Shown: one piece after another, positions 24,391 to 34,024 of the stretch
How the letters are laid out: each line of letters opens with the position of its first letter
Position numbering within the stretch: the first letter of the stretch is position 1
Source of the DNA: Pseudomonadota bacterium
GTDB lineage: Bacteria > Pseudomonadota > Gammaproteobacteria > Methylococcales > Methylococcaceae
Length of the DNA stretch: 64,000 bases
Direction of reading: 5' to 3'
Assembly: GCA_041178325.1 (NCBI GenBank)
Contig: JBEGVN010000014.1
Span: forward strand, 12,476 to 76,475
Position numbers and translations under genes: made by a program
The notes under the pieces: generated by a model
Seen by the model: the letters and a program-made list of their open reading frames with translations, nothing else
Told to the model about the DNA's origin: nothing
Database searches by the model: none

Positions 24391-26594
24391 AGTTCTTTTG
24401 ATCCAGAGGATCGCGTGCTGCTGTCGATGAGCTGACGAATCGTCAACAAGGCGCGAACATGCTTGCGTTCAAGATCAAGGAGGGCGTCGATATAGCGTCT
24501 TTCCTCCTTACTGACGTGTTTGAAGGCTTCAAGGGCCTCAAAACGCATGGTGAGGTGGGATAGTTGATCCTCAAGATCAATGACGCAAGCCGTGGGCTGC
24601 TTGAGGTTCAGGGCCTTTAGCTGAGCGTCATACTCTTCTGCATACGCTCTTTTAAGAGGGGTTTGCACTTCAGCCAGCACGGTTTTTCCGATCGAGGTCC
24701 GGCGCTCGAGAAATAGCCGGTGTCGACTTTCAATGATCTTCGAGAGATAGGTCATCGCCTGGATCAGGGCACTGGTATCGCTGACGATCTGCCGGGCCTT
24801 GGGCTGGCTGGATCCAGGTTCCATCCGGGCGAAATCCAGAAAATAGACCGCATCCTTGAGGTTGCTGTCCATCATGCGAAGTGTGCTGACGGAAAGCTCG
24901 AGATTAAGATCAGATACTTCGGGATTCTTTCTGAGATTGTCCCGAATCTGGGTCAGTGTCTGAATCACCCGAAGACGTGCCATATCAACAGATTTGGCGG
25001 GCCAGAGAAAATAATCCACCACGCCCATGACGGAAATCCCAAGCAGTATCCCGAGCACCCGATACCACCCGGTTCCAAGGTAAGTCCCCGGCTCAAACTC
25101 TGCAAAGACAATCATGGAGAAGGCAAGACCGATCTGAAGTCCGGCATAACTGAGCCTTGGGCTGGATGCCGCGGCCCAGGCACAGATCAGGAAGAAGGGG
25201 GCGAGCGTCACCAAAAGTCCGGCAATCGTATCGGACAGGGGTTGACCCAAAATCAGCCAAAGGTAACCCAGCAAGGCACCGAGAAGGGCGCCGAGGATGC
25301 GCATGATCGATTTTCGAAGATCCGCCCCGAGGGTGGTGTCTGCCACAATGATTGTGGTGAGGATTGCGGTATCCACCTCGCCAGCATTCATGCTGATGAC
25401 CAGTAGCGTCACGATGGCGCAAGCAATGGCCACCTTGAGGGACCAAAGCAGTATGGGGCGATTCTCGTTCCAGTAGGCATTGGCGCACCAAAAGGGCCAG
25501 AGGCCCTCGTTTTCAGTGGGAGCGACCGGAGCAAGGGGCAGGGGATCCCCCTCATAGACGCAGATCAGGCTATCCAGGAGCCGATCGACGGATAAATAGA
25601 GCCGAACCAAGAGGGGGTTCATTTCGGTGGAAGCGATAACCGATGGGGGATCGATGGGACCTTTGGGTCGATGTTTCCCGTGGCTTTCAAAAATCAACTG
25701 GATAGATTCAAGTCGGGCCTTGATGGTCACTATCAGCGCTAACTCATCTGCTTTAAATGGCTCAGGCGGGTCAGCATCGATCCAAAGTCTTTGAAGATCC
25801 GTCAGGCCACTCGCGAGATTGTCGAGCTCCATCACGGCTTCCACCCAATACCCCTTGCGCTCTTTGAATCTGGGATGATCCCGGATGGTATCGTCGAGAT
25901 GCTTCAAGGTGTCGGCGGTCCAGCCTGCGGTATGCCTGGCTTTCTGAATGCGAGGGTTGGGAAGGCTCCCCGGGTCAAGACGAGAGAGGGCTTCGAGCAG
26001 CGTCAAGGTTTCCCCAAGTCGCGAACGGATCCGTTCCCTGAAGACGTCCAGCGCCGATTGTGGCCATAGCACATAGGCTATCAGTGAGGTAGCCAGCACG
26101 ATGGCTCCGCCCATGATCAGGAGGGTCCATAAGGCATTATCCACAGCGCCGACTGGATTCCCGGTGTTGTAGAGCACCAGGCTGCCAAAAAAAATGGGGA
26201 CAATATTCGGAAGGCGCGACTTTCTGGCATGGAACATCATCAGAACGATGAGACTGATGGCAAAGGGATAACGAAACCATCCCTGATCCTGGCAGAGGAG
26301 AATCGTGGCAAGACTCGTGATGACGGCCACCACAACCAGCTGACTCATCAGCTTCATGGCGTCGAAGGCCATGCGCGAGGTCAGGATCATCTGAGGCAGC
26401 AAGATGGCCAGAAAGAATGCGATGACTCGGGTCGAGGGCATCCGGGTCGAAACGTCCAGAATGGCAAAGAGGAACAGGATGACGAAGATGCGCTGGGCCG
26501 TGCGTCGTTGGAGGGGGTTAAGGGTCAGTTCCTGACGAAGGAATTCCGACGGCCTCATGCCGTAGCAGAGGTTCTCAATGAGGTTTGAGAACAT
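24354..26594 (-). CDS. FUSC-family (AaeB/fusaric-acid-resistance-like) inner membrane efflux protein
   Basis: 746 aa with two multi-TM blocks separated by a cytoplasmic region. Adjacent to HlyD-type and DUF1656-type genes. Confidence 0.75.
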   Translation of the reverse strand: MFSNLIENLCYGMRPSEFLRQELTLNPLQRRTAQRIFVILFLFAILDVSTRMPSTRVIAFFLAILLPQMILTSRMAFDAMKLMSQLVVVAVITSLATILLCQDQGWFRYPFAISLIVLMMFHARKSRLPNIVPIFFGSLVLYNTGNPVGAVDNALWTLLIMGGAIVLATSLIAYVLWPQSALDVFRERIRSRLGETLTLLEALSRLDPGSLPNPRIQKARHTAGWTADTLKHLDDTIRDHPRFKERKGYWVEAVMELDNLASGLTDLQRLWIDADPPEPFKADELALIVTIKARLESIQLIFESHGKHRPKGPIDPPSVIASTEMNPLLVRLYLSVDRLLDSLICVYEGDPLPLAPVAPTENEGLWPFWCANAYWNENRPILLWSLKVAIACAIVTLLVISMNAGEVDTAILTTIIVADTTLGADLRKSIMRILGALLGALLGYLWLILGQPLSDTIAGLLVTLAPFFLICAWAAASSPRLSYAGLQIGLAFSMIVFAEFEPGTYLGTGWYRVLGILLGISVMGVVDYFLWPAKSVDMARLRVIQTLTQIRDNLRKNPEVSDLNLELSVSTLRMMDSNLKDAVYFLDFARMEPGSSQPKARQIVSDTSALIQAMTYLSKIIESRHRLFLERRTSIGKTVLAEVQTPLKRAYAEEYDAQLKALNLKQPTACVIDLEDQLSHLTMRFEALEAFKHVSKEERRYIDALLDLERKHVRALLTIRQLIDSSTRSSGSKELQAPLSPSALKT

Positions 26595-26615
26595 GATCGA
26601 AGCTGACCTTGTCTG

Positions 26616-27740
26616 CTAGCGTGGAGGCACAATGCCGATGGTGGTAAAGGCGCTCATGCCCATCCGGAAGGGATGCTCGGGATCCCGGTCGATCAGCTTG
26701 ATCCGGACCGGAAATCGTGCGGCCAGCATAACCCAGTTCAAGGTCCGCTGGACCTCCTGCAGGCCATCTTTGACTTTCACGTTGTCAGGGTAATTTGCCC
26801 AGGAAATTCCCTGTACCTCCCCTTTGAAATGCCGCCCGGGATAAGCTGCCAGAAAGACATCGACGGGGAACCCAGGCTGAATGTAGCGAAGATAGGTTTC
26901 CTTGTAATCGGCCATGACATACCAGGTGGTATCGTCCACCAGCGCAAAGAGTTTTTGGCCCTCCGCCACATACTGGCCGACCTGGGTATTGAGGTTGGTG
27001 ACCCAGCCATCAAAAGGCGCCTTGACCGTACAGTACTCCACATTGAGCTGGGCCTGACGCAGCTTGGCTTGTGCTGACTCGATCCGCGCATAGGCATTTC
27101 CGGTCTGGGCAAGTTTGGCGACGGCGGTATTGCGGGACTGGTTGGAGACTTCGAGGGTCTCGCGGGCTGCAGCAACCTTGGCCTGAGCATCACGCACAGA
27201 AGCTTCGGCCGATTTCCAGTCGGCTTCTGCCTGGCGCACCTGATTGTGGGTGACGAAGGCCTCCGCTTCGAGCGGCTGGATTCGCTTGAGGTAGGAGAGG
27301 GCATACTCAGCCTTCGCCGATAGACGGGTCACTTCAGCCTCCTGGGCTGCAAGATTGTTCTGGGTTTCGCGAATATGCGCTTCCGCTCCCCGTACCCCGG
27401 CAATCTGTCCCGTGACTTCCTGTTCTGCAAGATGCAATTCGGCTTCAGCCTGTTGCATGGCCGCTTCATAGGGCCTTGCATCGATGGCATAAAGAAGATC
27501 CCCCTGATGGACAAACTGGTTGTCCTGAATGGCAAGTGTTGCGATTCGCCCTGAGACGTGCTGGATCACAATATCCACCGTATTGGCGCGGACCATGGCA
27601 TCGTTGGTTCGGGGATGGACCAGGTTAAGCCGCCAAACGCCGGCACCGACGACGAGCGCTAGGGCAATGATCCCGCGGCTAACCCAAAGGCCGGCCTTTT
27701 GAGGATTTTGGCGAATCCGATCGCGAAGCATCTCAAGCAT
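26616..27740 (-). CDS. HlyD/EmrA/AaeA-family membrane fusion protein
   Basis: N-terminal TM helix, long coiled-coil (AEAELHLAEQEV...), and a beta-barrel C-terminus. Confidence 0.85.
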   Translation of the reverse strand: MLEMLRDRIRQNPQKAGLWVSRGIIALALVVGAGVWRLNLVHPRTNDAMVRANTVDIVIQHVSGRIATLAIQDNQFVHQGDLLYAIDARPYEAAMQQAEAELHLAEQEVTGQIAGVRGAEAHIRETQNNLAAQEAEVTRLSAKAEYALSYLKRIQPLEAEAFVTHNQVRQAEADWKSAEASVRDAQAKVAAARETLEVSNQSRNTAVAKLAQTGNAYARIESAQAKLRQAQLNVEYCTVKAPFDGWVTNLNTQVGQYVAEGQKLFALVDDTTWYVMADYKETYLRYIQPGFPVDVFLAAYPGRHFKGEVQGISWANYPDNVKVKDGLQEVQRTLNWVMLAARFPVRIKLIDRDPEHPFRMGMSAFTTIGIVPPR

Positions 27741-27746
27741 CCTTCG

Positions 27747-28022
27747 TTACCATGGAAAGGCGGTAAGCCACGCTATGAAGGTGATGAGGGCCCAAAGTGC
27801 CGGATAGACCACGATTGTGGGCTGTAGGCTTTCTGAAAGACCCAGCCATTTGAAAAAGACCTGAGCCATCACCGTTAGAGGAAGTGCTGCGACCATGACA
27901 ATGATCCAGGGCGGCCAGAACGAGCCTTGAAGCGAAACGAGGGGATCACAGCCTGACAAGGGCAGTGCAAGGAGGCTGGTCAAAGACCATCGCCAATGAG
28001 AGAGGGTTTGCAGATTCGACAT
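27747..28022 (-). CDS. DUF1656/AaeX-like small membrane protein
   Basis: Small two-TM protein directly upstream of the MFP gene, as in aaeXAB. The start is uncertain. Confidence 0.55.
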   Translation of the reverse strand: MSNLQTLSHWRWSLTSLLALPLSGCDPLVSLQGSFWPPWIIVMVAALPLTVMAQVFFKWLGLSESLQPTIVVYPALWALITFIAWLTAFPW

Positions 28023-28149
28023 GGGTCAGTCATCGATCAAGTTGCCTACAATATACCGGAGTTCGCTCCTACTGAACTTTGCGTATAAGGATTGGCGGGG
28101 CCTTCGCTGATGTTTTTTTGCGCCTTGCCTGTGTGACGATCACCAGTCC

Positions 28150-29712
28150 ATGCTATTTTTCAAATTTTGCCCCATTGCCCGATCCATGCTGCCCCCTCAC
28201 TATCGAATGTATCTGGCCACCTTAATGGGTATTCTGCTGGCCGGTTGCATGACGAAAGGCGACTCGCCAAGGATCGACGAAACCTACGACCCGATGAGGC
28301 AGGTTCCGGTCAATCATTTCGAGAACTGGAAGCCTTCGACAGAGACGGTATCCGGAGCAGCCGATATCCGGACCTCTTCGGTCATTCCAGCCGCGCCCGC
28401 GGGCTTCACCCGGGGTAAAGTCCACGACCTTGTGGAACTTGTTGATCTTGGCCTTCGATCCAATCCTACGACCAAAAAAAGCTGGGAAGAGGCACGGTCC
28501 GCAGCTTCTGGGCTCGGGATTGCTGAAAGTGCCTGGTTGCCGGCGCTGACGGCACAGTTCACCGGCGGTTACTGGAGGTACCCCTTTCCGGCCCCTGCGA
28601 CCGCGATCGGCCTCGCTGGGAATTCGGTGAATCCCAACCTCCATTTGAGCTGGACCTTGTTTGACCGCACCCGCCCGGCCGAAATTGATCGGGCGACCCA
28701 GCAGCTGCTGGCCATGAATCTCTCCTTGAATCGCAATCACCAGGAGGTGATGTATCAGATTCAGCAGAGCTTTTATGGACTGATTGCAGCGAGGGCTAAA
28801 GTGATTGCGGCTGAAGCCACCTTAAAGCAGAGCACCCGGAATGCAGATTCTGTCCGGGCCCAGCTTGAGAAGGGCTTGGCCACGCAACCTGAATATCTCA
28901 TGGCCGTCCAGGATCAGGCGAAAGCTGCCTACGAACTTCAGACGACGCGCGGGTCGGTCATGGAAAAAGAGGCAGAACTCGCTGAGCATCTGGGGATGCG
29001 TCCCGATCAGAATCTTGACACTGTGACGCTGGATTCACAGGACCTGCCAGCTGATTCGGAGCGATCAGCCGATGAAATCATTGATGCGGCGCTTGAAAAT
29101 CGTCCAGATTTGGGCGCGAAGCTAGCGTCTTTACGTGCCCGGGATGCCGAAATCAGAAAAGCTGAGGCCAATTATTGGCCACAACTGCTGGTGGCCGGTG
29201 ATGCCGGGATGAAGCTTTGGAACTATTACAACGCGGAACAGAATGTTGCTCAGGTTGGCTATCAGCCGGTCCACACCACGCAGCCGGTTGTTGACGGTTA
29301 TCTCCAGATGAACTGGAATCTGTTTCAGGGGTTTTCCGGCGTCAATGCGGTCGGGGAAGCTGAAGCCAAGCGTAACGCGGCGCAGGCAGAGTATGAGATG
29401 CTTCAACTCAAGATCATGAAAGAGATCTGGAAGGCCTACGCTGAATTCAAGACCTCGGTGCGCAAGCGTGAATTTGCCGTCGCGATGCTGAAAGCTTCGG
29501 AAAAGGCCTACGAGGGCGCCCAAAAATCCTACGAACAGGGAGTCATTACCGTGATTTCGCTGATTCTGGCAGAACGGAATCTCGCCCAGGCGCGCTATAC
29601 CGAAATCGACAGCAAATCCTCATTGCTGATTGCGGCTGCATCGCTGGTCTACGCCAGCGGATCAGACGGTCAGGCCACAATGGCCCCTTCAAACACCGGG
29701 GTTTCCCGCTAG
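28150..29712 (+). CDS. Outer membrane efflux lipoprotein (TolC/NodT family)
   Basis: Lipobox LLAGC near the N-terminus and two OEP-like repeats. Divergent from the FUSC operon. Alternative start at 28186. Confidence 0.85.
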   Translation: MLFFKFCPIARSMLPPHYRMYLATLMGILLAGCMTKGDSPRIDETYDPMRQVPVNHFENWKPSTETVSGAADIRTSSVIPAAPAGFTRGKVHDLVELVDLGLRSNPTTKKSWEEARSAASGLGIAESAWLPALTAQFTGGYWRYPFPAPATAIGLAGNSVNPNLHLSWTLFDRTRPAEIDRATQQLLAMNLSLNRNHQEVMYQIQQSFYGLIAARAKVIAAEATLKQSTRNADSVRAQLEKGLATQPEYLMAVQDQAKAAYELQTTRGSVMEKEAELAEHLGMRPDQNLDTVTLDSQDLPADSERSADEIIDAALENRPDLGAKLASLRARDAEIRKAEANYWPQLLVAGDAGMKLWNYYNAEQNVAQVGYQPVHTTQPVVDGYLQMNWNLFQGFSGVNAVGEAEAKRNAAQAEYEMLQLKIMKEIWKAYAEFKTSVRKREFAVAMLKASEKAYEGAQKSYEQGVITVISLILAERNLAQARYTEIDSKSSLLIAAASLVYASGSDGQATMAPSNTGVSR

Positions 29713-29759
29713 TTGGCGGGAAAGGCCGGAGCCAAGGCTCCGACCTTTATCCGCAAGTT

Positions 29760-29864
29760 TCAGGCGAGAACGAGACCGGCCAGGCCAAAGGCCAGAATCC
29801 AACCAAACGCCATCGAAAAGCCCCAGAGGAGCCCATCCAAGAGGTTACCGAACGTGCGTGACAT
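29760..29864 (-). CDS. Possible 34-aa single-TM small protein (below the ORF-track cutoff)
   Basis: My translation gives MSRTFGNLLDGLLWGFSMAFGWILAFGLAGLVLA. An AGGAG lies 6 nt upstream of the ATG at 29864. It is 72 nt downstream of the TlpA-like gene. Confidence 0.3.
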   Translation of the reverse strand: MSRTFGNLLDGLLWGFSMAFGWILAFGLAGLVLA

Positions 29865-29936
29865 CGTGTTCTCCTGTCAGTAAAAGGAGTTTCCACTATG
29901 GTCAAGCGGTACAGCCCTGTCAAACAGAAGAGAGGT

Positions 29937-30437
29937 TCAGGGTTTTTCTTTCAGGAGCCCATCTATGGCCTTGCTGAGTTCCTGGCGGTCAGAATTGCTG
30001 AAGCCACGGTGCACCTCCCGAAGGTTTCCTTTGCGATCAATCAGGTAGCTGGTCGGCATGGTTTCAAGACCATAGGCCTTAGGGCAATCCCCATTGGGAT
30101 CATGCACCACCGTGAAGTTGGTCGGATGGGTGCTCAGAAAGGCTTCAGCCTCCTCACGGGACTCATCGACGCTCACAGCCACCAGCTCCAGGCCTTCGTC
30201 CTTATGCTTTTTGGCCACTTCCGTCATGTAGGGAAAGGAGAGGGCACAGGGGCCGCACCATGAAGCCCAAAAATCGAGATACACCACCTTTCCCTTGAGG
30301 CTTTCGAGGGAAAGGCTCTTGCCCTCCTTCAGGGTTTTCAAGGGACAGGTCATGGCGGGGCCATTGATGGATTCAAGGGCATGGGCCCCGTGGGGCGTGA
30401 GCGCATAAATAACAAGGAAGACAAATGTACGGTACAT
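29937..30437 (-). CDS. TlpA/ResA-like periplasmic thiol:disulfide oxidoreductase (redoxin)
   Basis: Signal peptide and FWASWCGPC active site. Confidence 0.9.
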   Translation of the reverse strand: MYRTFVFLVIYALTPHGAHALESINGPAMTCPLKTLKEGKSLSLESLKGKVVYLDFWASWCGPCALSFPYMTEVAKKHKDEGLELVAVSVDESREEAEAFLSTHPTNFTVVHDPNGDCPKAYGLETMPTSYLIDRKGNLREVHRGFSNSDRQELSKAIDGLLKEKP

Positions 30438-30445
30438 AAATAACC

Positions 30446-32290
30446 CTAAGGCTGAGTATTTCTAGGCTGAAGCCCGAGCGCTGCCATGACATGCCGCGTG
30501 AAGGGCGCAGGCTCCATGTAGCCGACGATTCTGCGCTGACGAACTTCCTGGCTCCCGGATTTGAAAAAGAGCGTGGCCGGGGGGCCAATGAGATTGAATC
30601 GCCTCAGAAGAGCAAGATCTGCCTCGGTCTGATCCGTGACATCCGCCTTGAGCAGGACCACATCCTTCAACGTGTTTTGAACCATGGGGTCAGAGAAGGT
30701 TTCAGACTCCATCTCCTGGCAGGCCGTGCACCAGTCGGCGTAGAAGTCGAGCATGACCGGCTTATTGTTGCGTTCGGCGTCACGGATGTGGTCATCGAGT
30801 TCGGCAAGGGATGTCACCGGCATGAAGGCCAGTCGTGGACCCTCACTGAATTTTCCTTGGGCCTGGCCAAGTCTGAGGTTTTGCAGAGGATGCATGGGGT
30901 CGTCGCCATCGCTCGCGGCACCGATCAGGAGAAGAACCCCGTAGGAAAGGAGAATGACCCCTGCTCCCTTGGCAAACCGCGGAATAAGACCTGAAGGGCG
31001 GGGCAAGGCTTCGAGTGCACCAAGCGAAATGGCTGAAAGGATCAGAAGACCACCCCAGAGAAACAGCATGAGATCACCCGGCAAGATGCGGGAGAGCAGC
31101 CATAACGCCACGCCAAGAAGTCCAAATCCGAATAAGGTTTTGACAGCATCCATCCAGGCGCCGGCCTTCGGAAGCAGTGTTCCGGCGGAGGTCCCGATGA
31201 CAAGCAAGGGAAGCCCCATGCCCATCCCCAGTGAGAAAAGAGCGAACCCTCCGAGGATTGCATCACCTGTCTCGCCAATATAGATCAGGGCGCCTGCAAG
31301 GGGCGCGGCAACGCAGGGACCTACGATCAGCGCCGAAAGAAAGCCCATGGTGGCGCTGCCCAGAAGCGTTCCCTGCTGTTGCCGATGGCTGAGAGCGGTC
31401 AGATGGTTTTGCAGAGTGCCCGGAACCTGAAGTGAAAAGGCGCCAAACATCGAGAGGGCCAAAAGAATAAACAAAGCGCTGAATACCGCAATGACTGTCG
31501 GATTCTGGAGCGTCGCCTGAAGGTTATGCCCAAAAAGACCGGCAAGCACTCCAAAGAGGGTGTAGGCAAGTGACGAGGCAAGGACATAGGCCAGAGACAG
31601 GGTAAAAGCCCGCCGCGGGTTGATTTTGCTGCCATGTCCTGCAATCAGTCCCGAAAGGATCGGAATCATGGGAAAAATGCAGGGGGTAAAGGCGAGCAAA
31701 ATACCCATTCCAAGAAAGCTGAGTCCTGTTGAAATCAGATTTTCACTTTTCAGTGCGTCGACTATTTGACACTGCTCTGACCGCGCCCCGGATTCATCCG
31801 CAAAACTTTGAGCGTCACATTCCGAACCTTGGGTTTTAACGAGGGAAGGGGAAAGGCCGGCACCTTGGAGTGAAATGATTTCCCGCTGCGGCGGATAACA
31901 GGATCCTGCGTCCTGGCATCCCTGATAGGAGACCTTGAGCGTTCCTGCATCCGGCGGCCTGGGGAGCGAGAGAAGCGGAATCTGGATGTCCTGATGGCCA
32001 CGTGCAACACGGGTATGCCCCATGGTGGGATCCACCACGATTTCACCTTCCGGCATGGTGATGGCACCGAGAACAACTGCATCACTTCCAGGCTGGATTT
32101 TCAGCCGCTCGAGGTAGAGGTGATAGCCCTTTTCGATATCAAAACTGATCTTGACGCCATCCGGTCCGACGCTGCTTTTAAAGCCGAATGCCTGGGCCGC
32201 AGGCAAGGGGGTCTCCCGTGCGGGGATGTTATCGGCAAAGCCCCCTAAGATCAGGGTGATAGAGAAAAAGATAAGGCGGGACAAAGCCAT
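30446..32290 (-). CDS. dsbD: Thiol:disulfide interchange protein DsbD
   Basis: N-terminal periplasmic domain, TM core with FTPCIFPMIPILS, and a C-terminal thioredoxin with FYADWCTACQE. Confidence 0.9.
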   Translation of the reverse strand: MALSRLIFFSITLILGGFADNIPARETPLPAAQAFGFKSSVGPDGVKISFDIEKGYHLYLERLKIQPGSDAVVLGAITMPEGEIVVDPTMGHTRVARGHQDIQIPLLSLPRPPDAGTLKVSYQGCQDAGSCYPPQREIISLQGAGLSPSLVKTQGSECDAQSFADESGARSEQCQIVDALKSENLISTGLSFLGMGILLAFTPCIFPMIPILSGLIAGHGSKINPRRAFTLSLAYVLASSLAYTLFGVLAGLFGHNLQATLQNPTVIAVFSALFILLALSMFGAFSLQVPGTLQNHLTALSHRQQQGTLLGSATMGFLSALIVGPCVAAPLAGALIYIGETGDAILGGFALFSLGMGMGLPLLVIGTSAGTLLPKAGAWMDAVKTLFGFGLLGVALWLLSRILPGDLMLFLWGGLLILSAISLGALEALPRPSGLIPRFAKGAGVILLSYGVLLLIGAASDGDDPMHPLQNLRLGQAQGKFSEGPRLAFMPVTSLAELDDHIRDAERNNKPVMLDFYADWCTACQEMESETFSDPMVQNTLKDVVLLKADVTDQTEADLALLRRFNLIGPPATLFFKSGSQEVRQRRIVGYMEPAPFTRHVMAALGLQPRNTQP

Positions 32291-32354
32291 GAAAATCGAT
32301 CAATGGGTGGACGAAGCGCCGCGATTATAAGGCGTCATCCAAGGCCCGTGTCGT

Positions 32355-33713
32355 TTATCGTGCGGATTGCTTGCTCGAACGTGATGATTTGGACTCCTGA
32401 GCGTCACTTTCAAGGAACCGATGCATGACATCTTCCCCCAGAGCCATCATGAGGTCCGCGTAGGCTATGGCCTCATCGGTCCTTGAGGCATAGTAGTCCA
32501 CCATCAGTTTGGTGTAGGTCCGTTCGGCGTCCAGAAGATCAATCAGACCAATGGCGCCCTGGTTATAGGCAAATTCCTGTGCATTTCGCACTTTTTCAAT
32601 GCGCTCGCGGGACTCGGTTTCAAAACGGGTGACGATAGCGCGGGTTGCCATCATTCGTGCATGAGAGGCAATCACATCGGCCCTGATGCTGTTTCTAATC
32701 TGTTCAAGTTCAAGCCGCGAGGCATTGAGTTCGGCAGCTGTCTTTCCGACTTCACCCTGAAACTGATACCAGGTAGGGATCGGAGCGTTGATGCTGAAGG
32801 TTCCCGTATACGGACGGACGTTGCCAGAGTCCTGAATGAAGCCACCGGAAACGGTGACATCCGGAACGACCAGCCTTCGAGCGAGCTCAAGCTCGGTCTC
32901 CATCTTTTCGGTACGAAGCTCCTGTGCCCTGTAGTCCGGTCGTGACTCATAGGCCTCTTCGATCAAAGGATCAAGATTCGATTTCAAAAGTGCCGAAGGC
33001 ACATCCGGCCAACGTTCGGTCACGCGGAGTGTGTTGCTGATTTGAGGCCAATTCAAAAGGGCAGCGAGTTCACTTCTGGCGCTTTTGATAGCCGCATGCG
33101 CCCTGTCTACATCTGCCCTTATCTTGAGCTCTTCGATCTCAACGCGAACGAGATCCGATTCGGCAATGTCCCCCGCATTGAGACGCGTACGACTGGCTTC
33201 CACAATTTGAAGATAGTTGCGGTCATTGGTCTCGAGGAATTCAAGATTCTTTTGGGCCAAAAGCAACTGGTAGTGGGCTTTTCTGAGGGTGTTGGCGAGG
33301 ACACGAATCAGATTGCGAAAGTCGGTTTCAACCGCTTCCCGTTCGTATTGGCTGCTTTCGGTTCGAAGCTGCCTTTTGCCATTGGTCTGGATCAGTTGGG
33401 TAACGATGACGCTCATGCCAAGCGCATTGCTATCGGAAACGTTATGAGTTTTTGGAAAAAAACGCGAGGTTTTGGAGGTGAGTTCATTGAACCCGAGGCT
33501 TAACAGGGGATTGGGGATCGCACTGGCAATGAGCGTCTGCGCTTCTGCCCGGTCGATGTTGTAGTGGCCTGAAATGAGATCCAGATTACGCTCGAAGAAT
33601 AGTGCCAGTGTTTCCTGCTCATTCAGTGACGTGACATCTTCGGCATGAAGGGGCGAGGAAAGGACCAGATGTAACAGCAACAGACCGAGTGCCCTGTGCA
33701 TCCAGTACATCAT
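32355..33713 (-). CDS. TolC/CzcC-family outer membrane efflux protein with no adjacent pump genes
   Basis: Signal peptide MHRALGLLLLHLVLSSPLHA and OEP repeats. The track ORF extends to a GTG at 33803. Confidence 0.8.
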   Translation of the reverse strand: MMYWMHRALGLLLLHLVLSSPLHAEDVTSLNEQETLALFFERNLDLISGHYNIDRAEAQTLIASAIPNPLLSLGFNELTSKTSRFFPKTHNVSDSNALGMSVIVTQLIQTNGKRQLRTESSQYEREAVETDFRNLIRVLANTLRKAHYQLLLAQKNLEFLETNDRNYLQIVEASRTRLNAGDIAESDLVRVEIEELKIRADVDRAHAAIKSARSELAALLNWPQISNTLRVTERWPDVPSALLKSNLDPLIEEAYESRPDYRAQELRTEKMETELELARRLVVPDVTVSGGFIQDSGNVRPYTGTFSINAPIPTWYQFQGEVGKTAAELNASRLELEQIRNSIRADVIASHARMMATRAIVTRFETESRERIEKVRNAQEFAYNQGAIGLIDLLDAERTYTKLMVDYYASRTDEAIAYADLMMALGEDVMHRFLESDAQESKSSRSSKQSAR

Positions 33714-34024
33714 GTCAGCCCCGCCAGAAGCCAGCATCAATAAGAGTGGACGGGCATTCGATGGCATGCGATTTGACTGAGGTCGTGCAAGACAATGGGG
33801 CACAGCGGCAGGATCATGTGGGCTATTTTAGGTGAAATAATTGATGCGAATGCATGGACATTCTGTCATCGAACGGTGACTGTAAAGCCAGTGAATTGCT
33901 CTATATCTTCACGGTCTGGACATATTATTCTGGGATAATCCTTGATGAATCATTGAGATACCCTAGAGTTGATCGCTGTGCCCTTGCCGGGCTCGTTGAT
34001 CCTTTGCAGTAAACGTGCTCCCTC

